Positions 27,287-38,324 are shown, counted from the stretch's first letter. The stretch: DNA of 64,000 bases from Promethearchaeota archaeon (GCA_030599585.1 JAUVNS010000007.1:32001-96000), one strand, 5' to 3'. Notes: generated from the letters alone by a model not told the origin. Translations and numbers: made by a program.

Positions 27287-28981
27287 TTAAAATAATAATC
27301 TCGCTATAAACGAAAGCCCGCTTTGTGGTGTGGACATGGTGACAATCAGAAAAGTCAATAAAACTGCGTTTATTATTGCTCCAGTAATAATGTTTCCCGT
27401 TTTTCTATAGCTTAATATCGATACTCCTGAAGTTAAAGTGAACATAAGTATTGAAATAGGTATAAATGTTCCAAAGTAAAATAAACTTCTCATGAGAACG
27501 CTAACGAGTAATAAATAAACTATATAATACAGAAGTGGAAAGATAGCGCCTAAAAATAGAACTTTCATTGTGTCTTTAATGGAATCACTAAATTTGTTTT
27601 GAAGTATCACTTGAGTTACCATGTTCAGAATTAGAATTACGAAAAAACTAATAGCGAAGTATATAGGCATTGTCCAAAATTTAGTTATCGAAGGAACTAA
27701 CCCTAAATAGTTTAATCCAATTGAAAGGTATACTATAAGAAATAGCATAGCCCCTAAAATTGCTCCCAAAATAATTTGTCTGAGAAGTATATTCCTTCCT
27801 TTAAATGGTCTTGCTAGTATTGTTCTCAAAGGTGAATCTGTTTTCTTTCCTATTCTCCAGAGTAAAACGATTAATCCAAAAGCTTGACCAAATAACAAGG
27901 CTACTACGAAACCTGCGACTGCTAAAGGTAATATTAATAATAACGGCAGAAATATTAGTACGCCAAGAATGCCGAGCACGATTGAAAATAAAATAGTTTT
28001 AATTGTAATAGACATAACCGACATATCTGGTGCTTCAATTTTGTAATATTGAATTTCCTTTTCTCTATCGCTTTTTGAAGTTAAGACTAATTTAGATAAT
28101 GGCTCAACTGTTAAAAAGAAGAATCCCATACCTCCTATCACCTGTAATAATAATATTAACCCTCTTATATTAACATAAAATGTTTCATCTACTACATCAA
28201 GATCGAACGAATTTATAGCCCAATCTCTTGCTTCACGAATGAAATCAGCGTCCCATGCGACTGTAAGGTGATTACTATTATCATCTAAATAAATCATAGA
28301 AGCGTTTCCTTCTTGAAAAGAACCATATAGTTTGTTCGAATCAACGGTTGAAACAGGGATGCTTACGCGTGTGGCTAGACTGATCTTTAATTCTGAAAGT
28401 TCAACAGCTTCATCAAACAGTGCCTGAATCATGAGTACATTTAATGGATTGGTCGAATCACCAGCCCTGAGAGTAGGATATAACCAAGTTCCAATTCCTA
28501 TAAAACATTTAAATGCGAGATCTTCTTCTATTAAAACTTGTCCTAAACCTCCCATACTATACCCTATATAACCTAAGGAATTCATATCAATATCGCCCCT
28601 TGTATTGAGATATTCTTTAATTGCGATTATATCTTTCGTTTTATTATCTGGTTCTATCATACTGCTTTGTCCATGTCCTCTGAAATCAAATGGTACGGCA
28701 ACAAATCCTACTGCCGCTAACTCTAACGCGTATCCTTTTAACATCTCTTTATTGACCATAGAACCATGCCCAATTATAATAGCTGGCTTGTTTAATCCAC
28801 CACTCGACGGTTCAAAAACATTAAAAGAAATTGTTACGCCATCACTCGTTTGAGTAAATTTACCATATGTACTTTTAACGCTAAGGGGTGTTATAAAAAT
28901 GAAAACAGTACCTATTGTAAAAATAGCGAGAAATATGCCAATTAATACAACTCTTTTTTTTGATAGATTTAATATAGTCAT
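27287..28981 (-). CDS. Alpha/beta hydrolase fused to a multi-pass membrane domain
   Basis: N-terminal TM, HG, DFRGHGQS, nucleophile motif GYSMGG, then ~8 TM helices. Confidence 0.85.
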   Translation of the reverse strand: MTILNLSKKRVVLIGIFLAIFTIGTVFIFITPLSVKSTYGKFTQTSDGVTISFNVFEPSSGGLNKPAIIIGHGSMVNKEMLKGYALELAAVGFVAVPFDFRGHGQSSMIEPDNKTKDIIAIKEYLNTRGDIDMNSLGYIGYSMGGLGQVLIEEDLAFKCFIGIGTWLYPTLRAGDSTNPLNVLMIQALFDEAVELSELKISLATRVSIPVSTVDSNKLYGSFQEGNASMIYLDDNSNHLTVAWDADFIREARDWAINSFDLDVVDETFYVNIRGLILLLQVIGGMGFFFLTVEPLSKLVLTSKSDREKEIQYYKIEAPDMSVMSITIKTILFSIVLGILGVLIFLPLLLILPLAVAGFVVALLFGQAFGLIVLLWRIGKKTDSPLRTILARPFKGRNILLRQIILGAILGAMLFLIVYLSIGLNYLGLVPSITKFWTMPIYFAISFFVILILNMVTQVILQNKFSDSIKDTMKVLFLGAIFPLLYYIVYLLLVSVLMRSLFYFGTFIPISILMFTLTSGVSILSYRKTGNIITGAIINAVLLTFLIVTMSTPQSGLSFIARLLF

Positions 28982-29167
28982 AATTTATTATTCTGACTCC
29001 AAATTATATAAAAACTCTTTTTTAAGATATTAATAATATAAAAGTTACTAAGTTATCTATGTTTTAATCTGGTAAATTTCGTGTAGAATCTTCAATATTT
29101 TATTAATGAAAGGTTTTTATCATCCAAACAACTTTTTCACCTAATTAAATACATATTTTTAAAGAAA

Positions 29168-30478
29168 ATGGCAACTGAACAAAAAGTTAGAAATCGATGG
29201 ATCGTAGTAATAGGAGCTATATTAATACAATTGGCATTAGGGACGATTTATTCTTGGGGAACCCTTACGGTTTTTGTAAGCCCATATTTGAATTTAACTA
29301 TGAGTTTGGATCCGAGCATCATTAGAGAAGTTACGGTATATATTTTTGGAGTGGGATTATTATCCTTTGCGATTACGATGATCTTTGCAGGTAAATTACA
29401 ACAAAAATACGGTCCTAAAAAGATTGCGATTTTGGGAGGGATATTAATTGGAATTGGCGTAATCTCATCCGCATTTATGACTACATTTATAGGTCTTTTA
29501 ATTACTTATGGTGTTATCTTTGGTGTAGGTATTGGTTTTGCTTATGTGTGTCCTATCGCTTCAGCGAGTAAATGGTTTCCAGACAAAAAAGGATTTATTA
29601 ATGGAATTGCTGTAGCAGGGTTTGGTGCCGGAGCTTTCGTTTTTAACTTCGTAATAAAAGAGCTGGCTAATCCTACAGGGTTATCTGACGACGCTCTTAA
29701 TTTTGTTGATGTAATTTCTCCGAACATTCCAATTATGTTCATCATTTTAGGGATTGTTTATCTCGTTCTTGTTATAGGAGGAGCAATGACGCTTAGCAAT
29801 CCCCCTGAAGGTTGGAAACCTGATGGATGGACACCCCCTACTCCTTCTGAAGAAAGTGGAATATCGGGTTTGGAGTTCGAACGAGGTCAAACAGTAAAAC
29901 TACCTCAATTTTGGATGCTTTGGACGGCATTTGCATTAAGTGCAATGTCTGGTTTAATGGTTATTGGGTCGTTTTCTGCATTTGCTAAAACATATGCAGC
30001 CCCTAGCGTATTTTCGTACATTATTGGAACCAGTGATATCGTATTAATTGGAAGTTTAGCAGCTTTATTCAACGGGTTAGGTAGAATAGTTTGGGGAAAA
30101 CTGGCAGATATGATAACCTACAAAAAAGCTATGTTGGTAATGTTCATAACTCAAGCGATTCTCATGTTTATCTACTTCACAACGAATGTTAACGAAGTAT
30201 ATTTCTTGATAATAACTTGTGCAATCTTTTTCTGTTTTGGAGGTAATTTCAGCTTATTTCCAACCGCCACTGCTGATTTATTTGGATCGAAAAATTTAGG
30301 ACCTAACTATGGAATTGTTTTTACAGCTTATGGTGTCGCAGGATTTATTGGTGCTGTAGGTGTAAACTTATTCTTTAGCATTTTTGGAAGCTATCTGATA
30401 CTATTCATCGTAATGGGAATAATGTCTGTCGGTTCAGCAATTTTGGCTTATGTAATTAAGCCACCAAAACAAAGATAA
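29168..30478 (+). CDS. MFS transporter, oxalate:formate antiporter (OFA) family
   Basis: LALGTIYSW, KWFPDKKG, AVAGFGAG, NGLGRIVWG, FGGNFSLFP; 12 TM. Confidence 0.92.
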   Translation: MATEQKVRNRWIVVIGAILIQLALGTIYSWGTLTVFVSPYLNLTMSLDPSIIREVTVYIFGVGLLSFAITMIFAGKLQQKYGPKKIAILGGILIGIGVISSAFMTTFIGLLITYGVIFGVGIGFAYVCPIASASKWFPDKKGFINGIAVAGFGAGAFVFNFVIKELANPTGLSDDALNFVDVISPNIPIMFIILGIVYLVLVIGGAMTLSNPPEGWKPDGWTPPTPSEESGISGLEFERGQTVKLPQFWMLWTAFALSAMSGLMVIGSFSAFAKTYAAPSVFSYIIGTSDIVLIGSLAALFNGLGRIVWGKLADMITYKKAMLVMFITQAILMFIYFTTNVNEVYFLIITCAIFFCFGGNFSLFPTATADLFGSKNLGPNYGIVFTAYGVAGFIGAVGVNLFFSIFGSYLILFIVMGIMSVGSAILAYVIKPPKQR

Positions 30479-30513
30479 AAATTATAATTATTTTTTCTTA
30501 TTTTCTTTTTTCC

Positions 30514-31599
30514 TTAGACATTAGCTTTATTACGAATGAAGGCGTCAATAAGATGAATTGTGCTAAGGATATCCTCTAATTTTAGCAGAGATGTTGGAGA
30601 GTGGATATATCTACAAGGTACTGAAACTACGGAACTTGGCACGCCTTCACGTGATATATGAATCTTACCTGCATCGGTTCCTCCAGACATAGGTTTTTTA
30701 TACTGATATGGGATATTATCAATTTCCGCGTTTTTAACAAGTCTATCGTTGACTTTAGGGCTAGAGATCATAGATTTATCAGCAACGGTAATCGCTGGAC
30801 CTTTCCCTATATATGATGGGATTTCTGCGTCTCTTACACCCGGAACATCAGCAGCTGTGGTATTTTCTATCGCAAGCGCTATTGTTGGCTTAAGATTAAA
30901 TGCTCCAGTAATAGCACCCCTTCCTCCAATTTCCTCCTGAACGGCAAAATTAAATAATATAGTATCTTTAAACGATGAATCTTCCTTTAGTAATCTTAAT
31001 ATGTGAATGAGCACGTTACATCCAGTACGATCGTCGAACGCTTTTCCACGGATCATATTGTTTGGAAAATCTACAAACGGAGAAAAGAGCGTGCCAGTTA
31101 TCCCTATAAAAACATTATTATTAGTAACTTCCTCTATTGAATTCATCCCTATGTCAATATACATACCTGAGATTTTTACAAGTTTCCTTCGTTCCTCTAA
31201 AGATGTGATATGTGGCGGTTTCGAACCAATTATTCCATGATATAGTTCTCCCACCTTAGATCGTACGATTACAGATTGCCCCAATAATATTCTTGTGTCC
31301 CAACCTCCAATTGTAACAAACCTTAAGAATCCGTTCTTTTCAATGTGAGAGACCATAAAGCCTATCTCGTCAGTATGGGCGTCTAATAAAATTCTTTCCT
31401 TCCCATTTGTTCCATTTTTTATTGCAAGTACGTTTCCTAAAGGGTCAATCCACGCTTTATCAGCTAAATTCTCATTTTCAATTAAATTCAATATAAAATT
31501 GCTAACATCGTCTTCATGACCAGAAACTCCAATTAGAGTAGATAATTCTTCTTGAAGAGCTTTAATAGTTTTAATATCCATAATAAGACTTTTTGTCAT
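30514..31599 (-). CDS. M42 family (TET) metallo-aminopeptidase
   Basis: GVSGHE, DAHTDEIG, KAFDDR, QEEIGGRGA, GGTDAG, RYIHSP. Confidence 0.93.
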   Translation of the reverse strand: MTKSLIMDIKTIKALQEELSTLIGVSGHEDDVSNFILNLIENENLADKAWIDPLGNVLAIKNGTNGKERILLDAHTDEIGFMVSHIEKNGFLRFVTIGGWDTRILLGQSVIVRSKVGELYHGIIGSKPPHITSLEERRKLVKISGMYIDIGMNSIEEVTNNNVFIGITGTLFSPFVDFPNNMIRGKAFDDRTGCNVLIHILRLLKEDSSFKDTILFNFAVQEEIGGRGAITGAFNLKPTIALAIENTTAADVPGVRDAEIPSYIGKGPAITVADKSMISSPKVNDRLVKNAEIDNIPYQYKKPMSGGTDAGKIHISREGVPSSVVSVPCRYIHSPTSLLKLEDILSTIHLIDAFIRNKANV

Positions 31600-31734
31600 T
31601 TGATAAATTATCTGGGATAGATAATGATAAGTAATATTTTGAGGTATTTAAAATAAAATTAATGCTTTTATTATTGAAATTGAAAAGAAATGTAGGGGTT
31701 GATTAATAAAATAAGAATAAAAATAAAACTACTA

Positions 31735-33426
31735 TTATTTACGTTTCTTCAGTTCACTTATCGCCTTTTCTGCTAAAAGAAGAGCGTCAGTATATTGAGA
31801 TCGATATTTTTTAACTTGTGCATCTAATTCTATTGCCCTATTTTGAAGTTCGAGAATCATTTCACTATTATCATCTCCAGATGGGAATGCAGATTCTGGG
31901 TTGTCCATAGTTTCTTTAAGATAATTATATTTCTCTCTCCACACTTTTAATTCGGTTTGTAGGTCTTCAATGGCATCGTCACCAGTAATGTTCTCTACTG
32001 ATAATGGAACATCTGCTTTCTCAATATCTATTATCCTCCCTTTTAGCATTCCTATTTCTTCTTCCAACTCCTTTACTCGAACTTTTAAGAAAGCAATCTG
32101 GTCTAAGTATTCTGCGGAAGTCTTAGGTGCCGTAATTTCTTCAAAAATAGTTTTTCCCGTTTCTAATTCGTTAGCAGATTTCGCTCCTAAGATTTCTTGT
32201 TTACGCTTCTGTAATTGTTCTACCGTATGCTCGGAAAGGTAATCTAGTGGATTAAAACCTACACCTCCGTGAGCAGTTGTCCTTTTGCGTATTTTTACAA
32301 ACAGAGGTATGCCTTTAATAGCTTCACCGCATAGAATTGCTTCACCTTTATCTAACCCTTGAATATCTGTTTTGTTGCTCCGAGTTAGATCCTCTGCGCT
32401 TGAAATCGTAACATCGATATCTCGAATATCGGTTAGGTTATGGACAACCCAACTACCAGCTTGTGCTCGTATAGTTGTGTCCAATAACTGGGGTCTTTGG
32501 GTGCCGATGATTAAATTAGCGCCGAACTTACGCCCCTCTTGAGAGAATAATTTAACGATTTCACACGTCTCAGTTTGCTTTTTTCCAGCAAATAAATGAG
32601 CTTCGTCAAGCAGTAAGTAAAACGGAGCAATTCTTCGTCCCGTACTAGCTTGATATAATTTCTTCAAAAGCTTCCCGGCAATCATTTCTTGTACGTTTAA
32701 ATCCATGCCTCTCATATTTACAATTGAACATAAATTTGGGGCAACAATATCGGTAGCATCTAGCGAAAACAAGTATTCTACATCGATGTCACCCCCCTTA
32801 TTTACGCTTAAATCAGAATATTCTATAATTGTGTTAACAAATTCACTTTCTTCTTTAACTCCTTCAGCTTCTTCAGTTTCTCCTGCTTTTACTTTTAAAC
32901 TACCATACTCACCGTGTCTGTCAAGGATTACGAGAGGAATACCTTTTTTCATAAACTCTTCACATAAAACACCCATTGTGTAGCTCTTTCCAGATCCTGA
33001 CTTTCCGGTAATAAAAATTCTCCCAAAGTTCTTAACTAATAAACTCACATCAAATTCATAACCAATTAATTTCCCAATAGAAACAGATTCTTCAGGGGGG
33101 TTGTTTATCCCTAATAGCGTGGTAATTTGTTCTTTGCTTGCCCGATAAACTTCCGCTCCTATATCGAACGGTCTTTTTGGCCTGTCTCCACACACCCGTA
33201 AATCTGCAAGCATTCCTTTTGTTTCACTCCACAGCGATTTAATATTTAACATATAAGTAGCTCTTTGACCTTCTTCGTCTTTTTCCCCATAGATAACAAA
33301 ATAAGAGTTCCTTTCTATTGTTGGATCAGAAAATTGAACTTGAACTGTGTGAGTAGTAGTTTTTCCAATTAGATTTCCTACTTTATCCTTCTTTACTTGC
33401 TTATCATAATTTTCTTCATCTGACAT
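31735..33426 (-). CDS. HerA/FtsK-like P-loop ATPase (DUF87) with C-terminal coiled coil
   Basis: Walker A GKSGSGKS, DRHGEY, Walker B LLDEAH, EGRKFG, TQRP. Confidence 0.88.
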   Translation of the reverse strand: MSDEENYDKQVKKDKVGNLIGKTTTHTVQVQFSDPTIERNSYFVIYGEKDEEGQRATYMLNIKSLWSETKGMLADLRVCGDRPKRPFDIGAEVYRASKEQITTLLGINNPPEESVSIGKLIGYEFDVSLLVKNFGRIFITGKSGSGKSYTMGVLCEEFMKKGIPLVILDRHGEYGSLKVKAGETEEAEGVKEESEFVNTIIEYSDLSVNKGGDIDVEYLFSLDATDIVAPNLCSIVNMRGMDLNVQEMIAGKLLKKLYQASTGRRIAPFYLLLDEAHLFAGKKQTETCEIVKLFSQEGRKFGANLIIGTQRPQLLDTTIRAQAGSWVVHNLTDIRDIDVTISSAEDLTRSNKTDIQGLDKGEAILCGEAIKGIPLFVKIRKRTTAHGGVGFNPLDYLSEHTVEQLQKRKQEILGAKSANELETGKTIFEEITAPKTSAEYLDQIAFLKVRVKELEEEIGMLKGRIIDIEKADVPLSVENITGDDAIEDLQTELKVWREKYNYLKETMDNPESAFPSGDDNSEMILELQNRAIELDAQVKKYRSQYTDALLLAEKAISELKKRK

Positions 33427-33551
33427 AATAACTCACATTAATTTCGATTCTTTTTAGTATTATATGTAAATTCATATATATTAATTATTTCTACTTAACT
33501 TCACCAATTTAAAAAAGGTATTTAAACTTTCATGAAACCAATTGTTTTTCT

Positions 33552-34478
33552 TTATGTTTTACGATAAATAATGGATTTTTTTTCCATTCGTAAAGGTTTA
33601 TACGATTCTTTAGCTCTCCTTAGACCCGGAACACCTAAATCTTGCTCACGGTTGATATATAGCACATCTTTGAAGTTATTTTTTAAAAACAGATTGCTTA
33701 TTGCTTGGTAGGCTCCTTCATAATCCATATGAGCTTTTTCAACATGAATCACCATTGTATCTTTGTTTAGCATTTCCCCAAATGTGTACGCAGCGCATTT
33801 TTCGTTTACACATAATAACGCACCTTGAAAACCTAACGTAGAAAAGTTATCTAAAGCATCATAAATAGCTAGTTCTTCTTCTTTCAAACCCTCATCATCT
33901 TCACATTCTCTAAGAATACACCACTCTAATTGGAGCTCTTTGACCCGATTTACTTCACTTTCAGTTAAAGTCTTGAATTCATAATCGTAGGTTTCTAAAA
34001 ACTTGTTTAACCATCGTCTATTTTGACGATACCGATTTCCTGGTAAAGTTCTTAGGTTTTCTGTTTCATACACATAATCCCAATTATCTCTATCTTCCAA
34101 TATTTGTAGATTTAACGATTGATAATCTGCCTTGGTTTGAATAGCATTTGTTATTACTTCAGGAACTCTATGGAATTCCAAATCTTTAAGTTCTTTAAAT
34201 AGAGAAATGACGATTTCTGTAGGGTTAGGGCCTACTGGTGGAAAAAAATACAAAGAGTTTTTGTTTCCCGATGCGGGTTCTTTTTTTGTCTTGAAAATGT
34301 CTCGCGAAAAGAGTAGTAAGTGTTCTTTCCACTCCATAAAGTTAAAACCGTAAAAATTCCTCCACATATATAGGTTCGTAAAAGTAAATTCAGATGTTAC
34401 TGGAGGATATTTCTGAAAATATGAATTGAATAGTGCTCGATCAGTCAGATTAATTTCATTCGCAGAATCTAAATCCAT
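33552..34478 (-). CDS. DUF2156 / phosphatidylglycerol lysyltransferase C-terminal-like protein
   Basis: SEFTFTNLYMW, DYVY, HVEKA, INREQDLGVPGLRRAKESY. Confidence 0.85.
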   Translation of the reverse strand: MDLDSANEINLTDRALFNSYFQKYPPVTSEFTFTNLYMWRNFYGFNFMEWKEHLLLFSRDIFKTKKEPASGNKNSLYFFPPVGPNPTEIVISLFKELKDLEFHRVPEVITNAIQTKADYQSLNLQILEDRDNWDYVYETENLRTLPGNRYRQNRRWLNKFLETYDYEFKTLTESEVNRVKELQLEWCILRECEDDEGLKEEELAIYDALDNFSTLGFQGALLCVNEKCAAYTFGEMLNKDTMVIHVEKAHMDYEGAYQAISNLFLKNNFKDVLYINREQDLGVPGLRRAKESYKPLRMEKKSIIYRKT

Positions 34479-34601
34479 GAATATGAATAATTAGAATTTG
34501 TTAAATTTTTTACTATTTACACCTAAGATAGCAAATTTATAATTTTGGATGTAAAATTTTAAATACCAAATGCCTTTTTCTTTTGTAAGAGGAATTTTAG
34601 G

Positions 34602-35915
34602 ATGTGGGTTAAAGGGTTAAAAATACATCGGGCAACTTCGTGGTTAGTAACCTTATTAGCACTTATCACCATCCTTTTAGGTTACGCTGCTACACGGCGA
34701 TGGTTTCCTGATTATGACTTTGTACTTTTCCTCCATGGAGTAACAGGATGGATTTTCCCGGGATTACTCCTAGTCCACTTTATTTTTTCAATTATGTATT
34801 TAAAACTTAATCTTCGAAGGATATTCAAAGGATTAAAGAACGAAAGAACTTCAGGCACGAGCTCTTTGAGGTTGCTACAGCGAATTACTAAATGGGGCAT
34901 AATTATCCTTGCTATTCTAATAAGTCTATCTGGGTTAACTTATTACCCTTGGTTTTTTGCTATTTTTGGTAATTTTTTCGATTTTGCCTTTCATGTAGAT
35001 TTTGATATAATTCTTTCCTTACTCATGATTGTTCATGTTGGAATTGGGGCTAGTTTCTATTTTACCAGAAGAAAAATCAACCATTGGGGTGTTAATTTAT
35101 CTATTATTTCTCTTGTTTCCTTTTTATTATTTGCATCATTCGCAATAGATTTACCAGCCGGTTTTGCAGATCCTGGAGTTTATATTGGAGGAACTAAATA
35201 TGATTTTGATCCAAATGAGATTGAAAGCGTTCGGCCAGACCTTTTTCAAAATGGTTCCTTTTCCGTTTTTGATATTCTCGTTCATCTTAATTCAACAGGT
35301 GAAATAAGTTTAAATTCCCACTTCAATATTAGTATGGATACTTATGTAATTGACTCCTTAAATGGAAATACTGATTATTGGTGGTATCACATCTATTATA
35401 CTGGTGGTGATATAGAAAAAAATGTGGTTAGGATGGACCATTACCCATGGAAACTAGGAGCGATAATCAGACTATACCATGAAAGCGAATCGTATATTAG
35501 CGACGCTTATTCGCTTTTTAAAGAAGAAGTTGATCGCTTTATCTCTAACAACAACTCGATAATTATTCCTAAAATTACCATAACTGGAAATACGTTTAGC
35601 GTCGAATTCTATAATATTACAGTTACTCCGCATAATTTGAGAAATGAAACGTTCAAGATCGATGTAATTACAGCTATGGATGCCATTATGACTTTGGGAG
35701 ACTTAGGGTATATTACATACGAACTTACATATTACGTAAGTTTCAGGCGTGCTAGGTATGTCCACAGTTATTTTGTTAGCAAAATAAACACTGACGAAAC
35801 AGTCGGGAGATGTGGTTTTCTTTTCGATGTTAGTGATTCTTTTATCTGGTTATCCGCTGACGAAAGAATCATCACTTCTCCAGAATCCATTAATTTTTAC
35901 TGGGAATGTATATGA
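34602..35915 (+). CDS. Membrane protein with His-containing cytochrome-b-like TM region and a soluble C-terminal domain
   Basis: Two TM helices, each with a His pair 14 residues apart (LHG...VH; FHV...VH); C-terminal region has two similar halves. Confidence 0.6.
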   Translation: MWVKGLKIHRATSWLVTLLALITILLGYAATRRWFPDYDFVLFLHGVTGWIFPGLLLVHFIFSIMYLKLNLRRIFKGLKNERTSGTSSLRLLQRITKWGIIILAILISLSGLTYYPWFFAIFGNFFDFAFHVDFDIILSLLMIVHVGIGASFYFTRRKINHWGVNLSIISLVSFLLFASFAIDLPAGFADPGVYIGGTKYDFDPNEIESVRPDLFQNGSFSVFDILVHLNSTGEISLNSHFNISMDTYVIDSLNGNTDYWWYHIYYTGGDIEKNVVRMDHYPWKLGAIIRLYHESESYISDAYSLFKEEVDRFISNNNSIIIPKITITGNTFSVEFYNITVTPHNLRNETFKIDVITAMDAIMTLGDLGYITYELTYYVSFRRARYVHSYFVSKINTDETVGRCGFLFDVSDSFIWLSADERIITSPESINFYWECI

Positions 35916-36020
35916 TAGTTACCTAATGAAAACGAAATACAAATAAATAGGTTGTTTGGGATCAGTAATCTTGCTTAGATAGGATGAATACTATTCATTA
36001 TTCTTATGAAGATATTATAT

Positions 36021-38324
36021 TTACCACATCTTCTTTTCTGATTTTGATCCACATTTTTTACAGAATACCCAATCATTATTCATAGGAGTACCACAGTAAG
36101 GGCATCTACTTATATTAGCGGCAAGGGGTTTCATATCAACAGCTTTTTCAACCCGAACAGGAGTCTTATACATTTCTCTTTCTTTTAGTATTTTATATCG
36201 CGCAACTTCGTCTTTAGGTAATTTTGCCTTATTAGCCTCGATTCTTTTTTTCACTATTACTCCGGTCACAATTATTGCTAAGATGATGATAGGAACCACT
36301 ATAGCTAATACAGTTGATATAGGAAAAGGATTGCACTCTAATTGAGTGCCTTGAATGTCTACACCATTGTTACTAAAATCATTATCTGAAATTATGTTAC
36401 ATCTAGAGTAGGATATGTAGATGCCAATATCATTGTAACTGATCACATTTTGTGTGATAGTGTTGCTATCGCTAGACATTAAACTTATTCCGTAAACATT
36501 TTGATAAACAGTGTTGTTTGATATGATGTTATTGGTACAATCCCAACCCAATTGTATCCCATAGGTATTGAAACTTACATTATTTTGTGATACCTTATTC
36601 CCTCGACTACTTGAAGAAAAGGATATCCCGTAATAATTATCACTTACATTATTTCCCGAAATGATGCTATCTCGAACGTAGGACACATAAATTCCATAAA
36701 AATTGTGGCTTGCCTCATTTTCTATAATCCGGCTCATATTATACATCGGATTATAAATATTGGCTATAAAAATGCCAAAGTTTGTGTTATTATTTGCTTT
36801 ATTACCTGAAAGAGCATTACCATGACCATATTGCGAATAAAATCCATTTGTATTGTTATTTACCGTATTCTTTGTAATATTATTAGAATTGCTTAAATAT
36901 AGATATATACCATTATTACGATTGTTATTTACGATGTTTTCAGAGATGTTGTTGTTATTACTATAATATAACGTTATTCCTGTCGAACAATTAGAAATTG
37001 TTAAATTAAATATTAATGAGTTATCACAACTCACCAAGAAAATTTGTCCTGCATTCGTAAAATTATCTGCCCCTAAATTATCTTTATCAACGTAATAATA
37101 CAAAGGTTTATCGTTCACTAAGTTAGACGTATTTATAATATGGGTGCCCATATCATCAAGTGAACCTTCGATTACTAGCCCACATCCAACCATCCTATTT
37201 CTCAAGAGGGTATGATTGGTACCAGATAGGTATATTCCGTAATAATTATTGCTTAGGTTGTTTCCAATAACAACATTATTACTACTATAATAATAATAAT
37301 AAGAATATTCGTAAAAATATATGCCACCGTCCTTATTGTTGTTTATAACATTTCTCGTAATATTGCTGTTACTGGTCCCGTAGAAATAAATTCCCTGCTC
37401 ATCATTATTATTTATGTGATTTCCGATAACTGTGAGATTGTCGCAATAATAGTTATATATGCCACGATAATTATAATTAATCTCGTTATCCTTAATGGTA
37501 TTATCATCACAATTAGAAAGATATATTCCCTCTCCCCCGTTATTTTTTATAGTGTTTCCTAGAATGATGCTATTATCACAATAATAGGTATATATCCCCA
37601 TATTATTGTTATAATTTGCGGTGTTTACCGAAATATTATTATAATTGCTGTAATAAAAATAAAATCCATAATATCTATTAGTACTTGCGTTGTTTCCTGA
37701 GATAGTATTATAATCACTATAAGATAAATAGAATCCGTAATTATTATTGCGTAAGCTATTTCCTGAGATAGTATTCTTATCGCCAGAATAAAGATATAAT
37801 CCCACATTTGCATTATAGCTAATATTGTTTCTTAGGATGGTATTATTATTGCTCGCATCTAAATATATTCCATAGTAATTAGAGGAACAATTGTTATCGA
37901 TCAATGTTCCATTATCAACATTATACAAACGGATTCCTGCATGTGGATAACTTAATTCTGAATTGGAAAGGGTACAATTTTCAATTCTAAAGTAAACATC
38001 TGAATTTTCAATCCAAATGCAGCTTCCCTGGCCTCCTGAATCTATTACTAAATCTTCTATTACATAAGGCTCAGAGTATGTACCATTCCCCGTACAGATT
38101 CCCACACTCTTGGCAGCAGTCCAATTATTATCGATATGAATTTTTTCTGACGATTTTGAAATTCTCAGACTTTCTTCGACTAAAAACATATTATCTTTAT
38201 ATTCCGAACTTTTCACGCTATATCCAATTTCTAAAGTAACGAAATAAGCAATAGTGGGGGCCAATACGAACCAAAGTCCTAAAACCACAAGAATTATTGT
38301 ATTTTTTCTGATATGCGATCTCAT
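36021..38324 (-). CDS. Parallel beta-helix (NosD/CASH) surface protein with TM and C-terminal zinc ribbon
   Basis: Repeated GIYLxxSxxNxIxxNxxxxN; C-terminal TM; CPYC...CKKC. Confidence 0.88.
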   Translation of the reverse strand: MRSHIRKNTIILVVLGLWFVLAPTIAYFVTLEIGYSVKSSEYKDNMFLVEESLRISKSSEKIHIDNNWTAAKSVGICTGNGTYSEPYVIEDLVIDSGGQGSCIWIENSDVYFRIENCTLSNSELSYPHAGIRLYNVDNGTLIDNNCSSNYYGIYLDASNNNTILRNNISYNANVGLYLYSGDKNTISGNSLRNNNYGFYLSYSDYNTISGNNASTNRYYGFYFYYSNYNNISVNTANYNNNMGIYTYYCDNSIILGNTIKNNGGEGIYLSNCDDNTIKDNEINYNYRGIYNYYCDNLTVIGNHINNNDEQGIYFYGTSNSNITRNVINNNKDGGIYFYEYSYYYYYSSNNVVIGNNLSNNYYGIYLSGTNHTLLRNRMVGCGLVIEGSLDDMGTHIINTSNLVNDKPLYYYVDKDNLGADNFTNAGQIFLVSCDNSLIFNLTISNCSTGITLYYSNNNNISENIVNNNRNNGIYLYLSNSNNITKNTVNNNTNGFYSQYGHGNALSGNKANNNTNFGIFIANIYNPMYNMSRIIENEASHNFYGIYVSYVRDSIISGNNVSDNYYGISFSSSSRGNKVSQNNVSFNTYGIQLGWDCTNNIISNNTVYQNVYGISLMSSDSNTITQNVISYNDIGIYISYSRCNIISDNDFSNNGVDIQGTQLECNPFPISTVLAIVVPIIILAIIVTGVIVKKRIEANKAKLPKDEVARYKILKEREMYKTPVRVEKAVDMKPLAANISRCPYCGTPMNNDWVFCKKCGSKSEKKMW

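Noticed and set aside
31735-33426. HerA-based antiphage system
   Set aside because: No adjacent SIR2, nuclease or DUF4297 partner; the neighbours look like housekeeping genes.
36300-37950. Repetitive ATT/TTA-rich DNA resembling a repeat array or CRISPR
   Set aside because: It is the Asn/Tyr-rich coding sequence of the beta-helix; there is no constant repeat-spacer structure.
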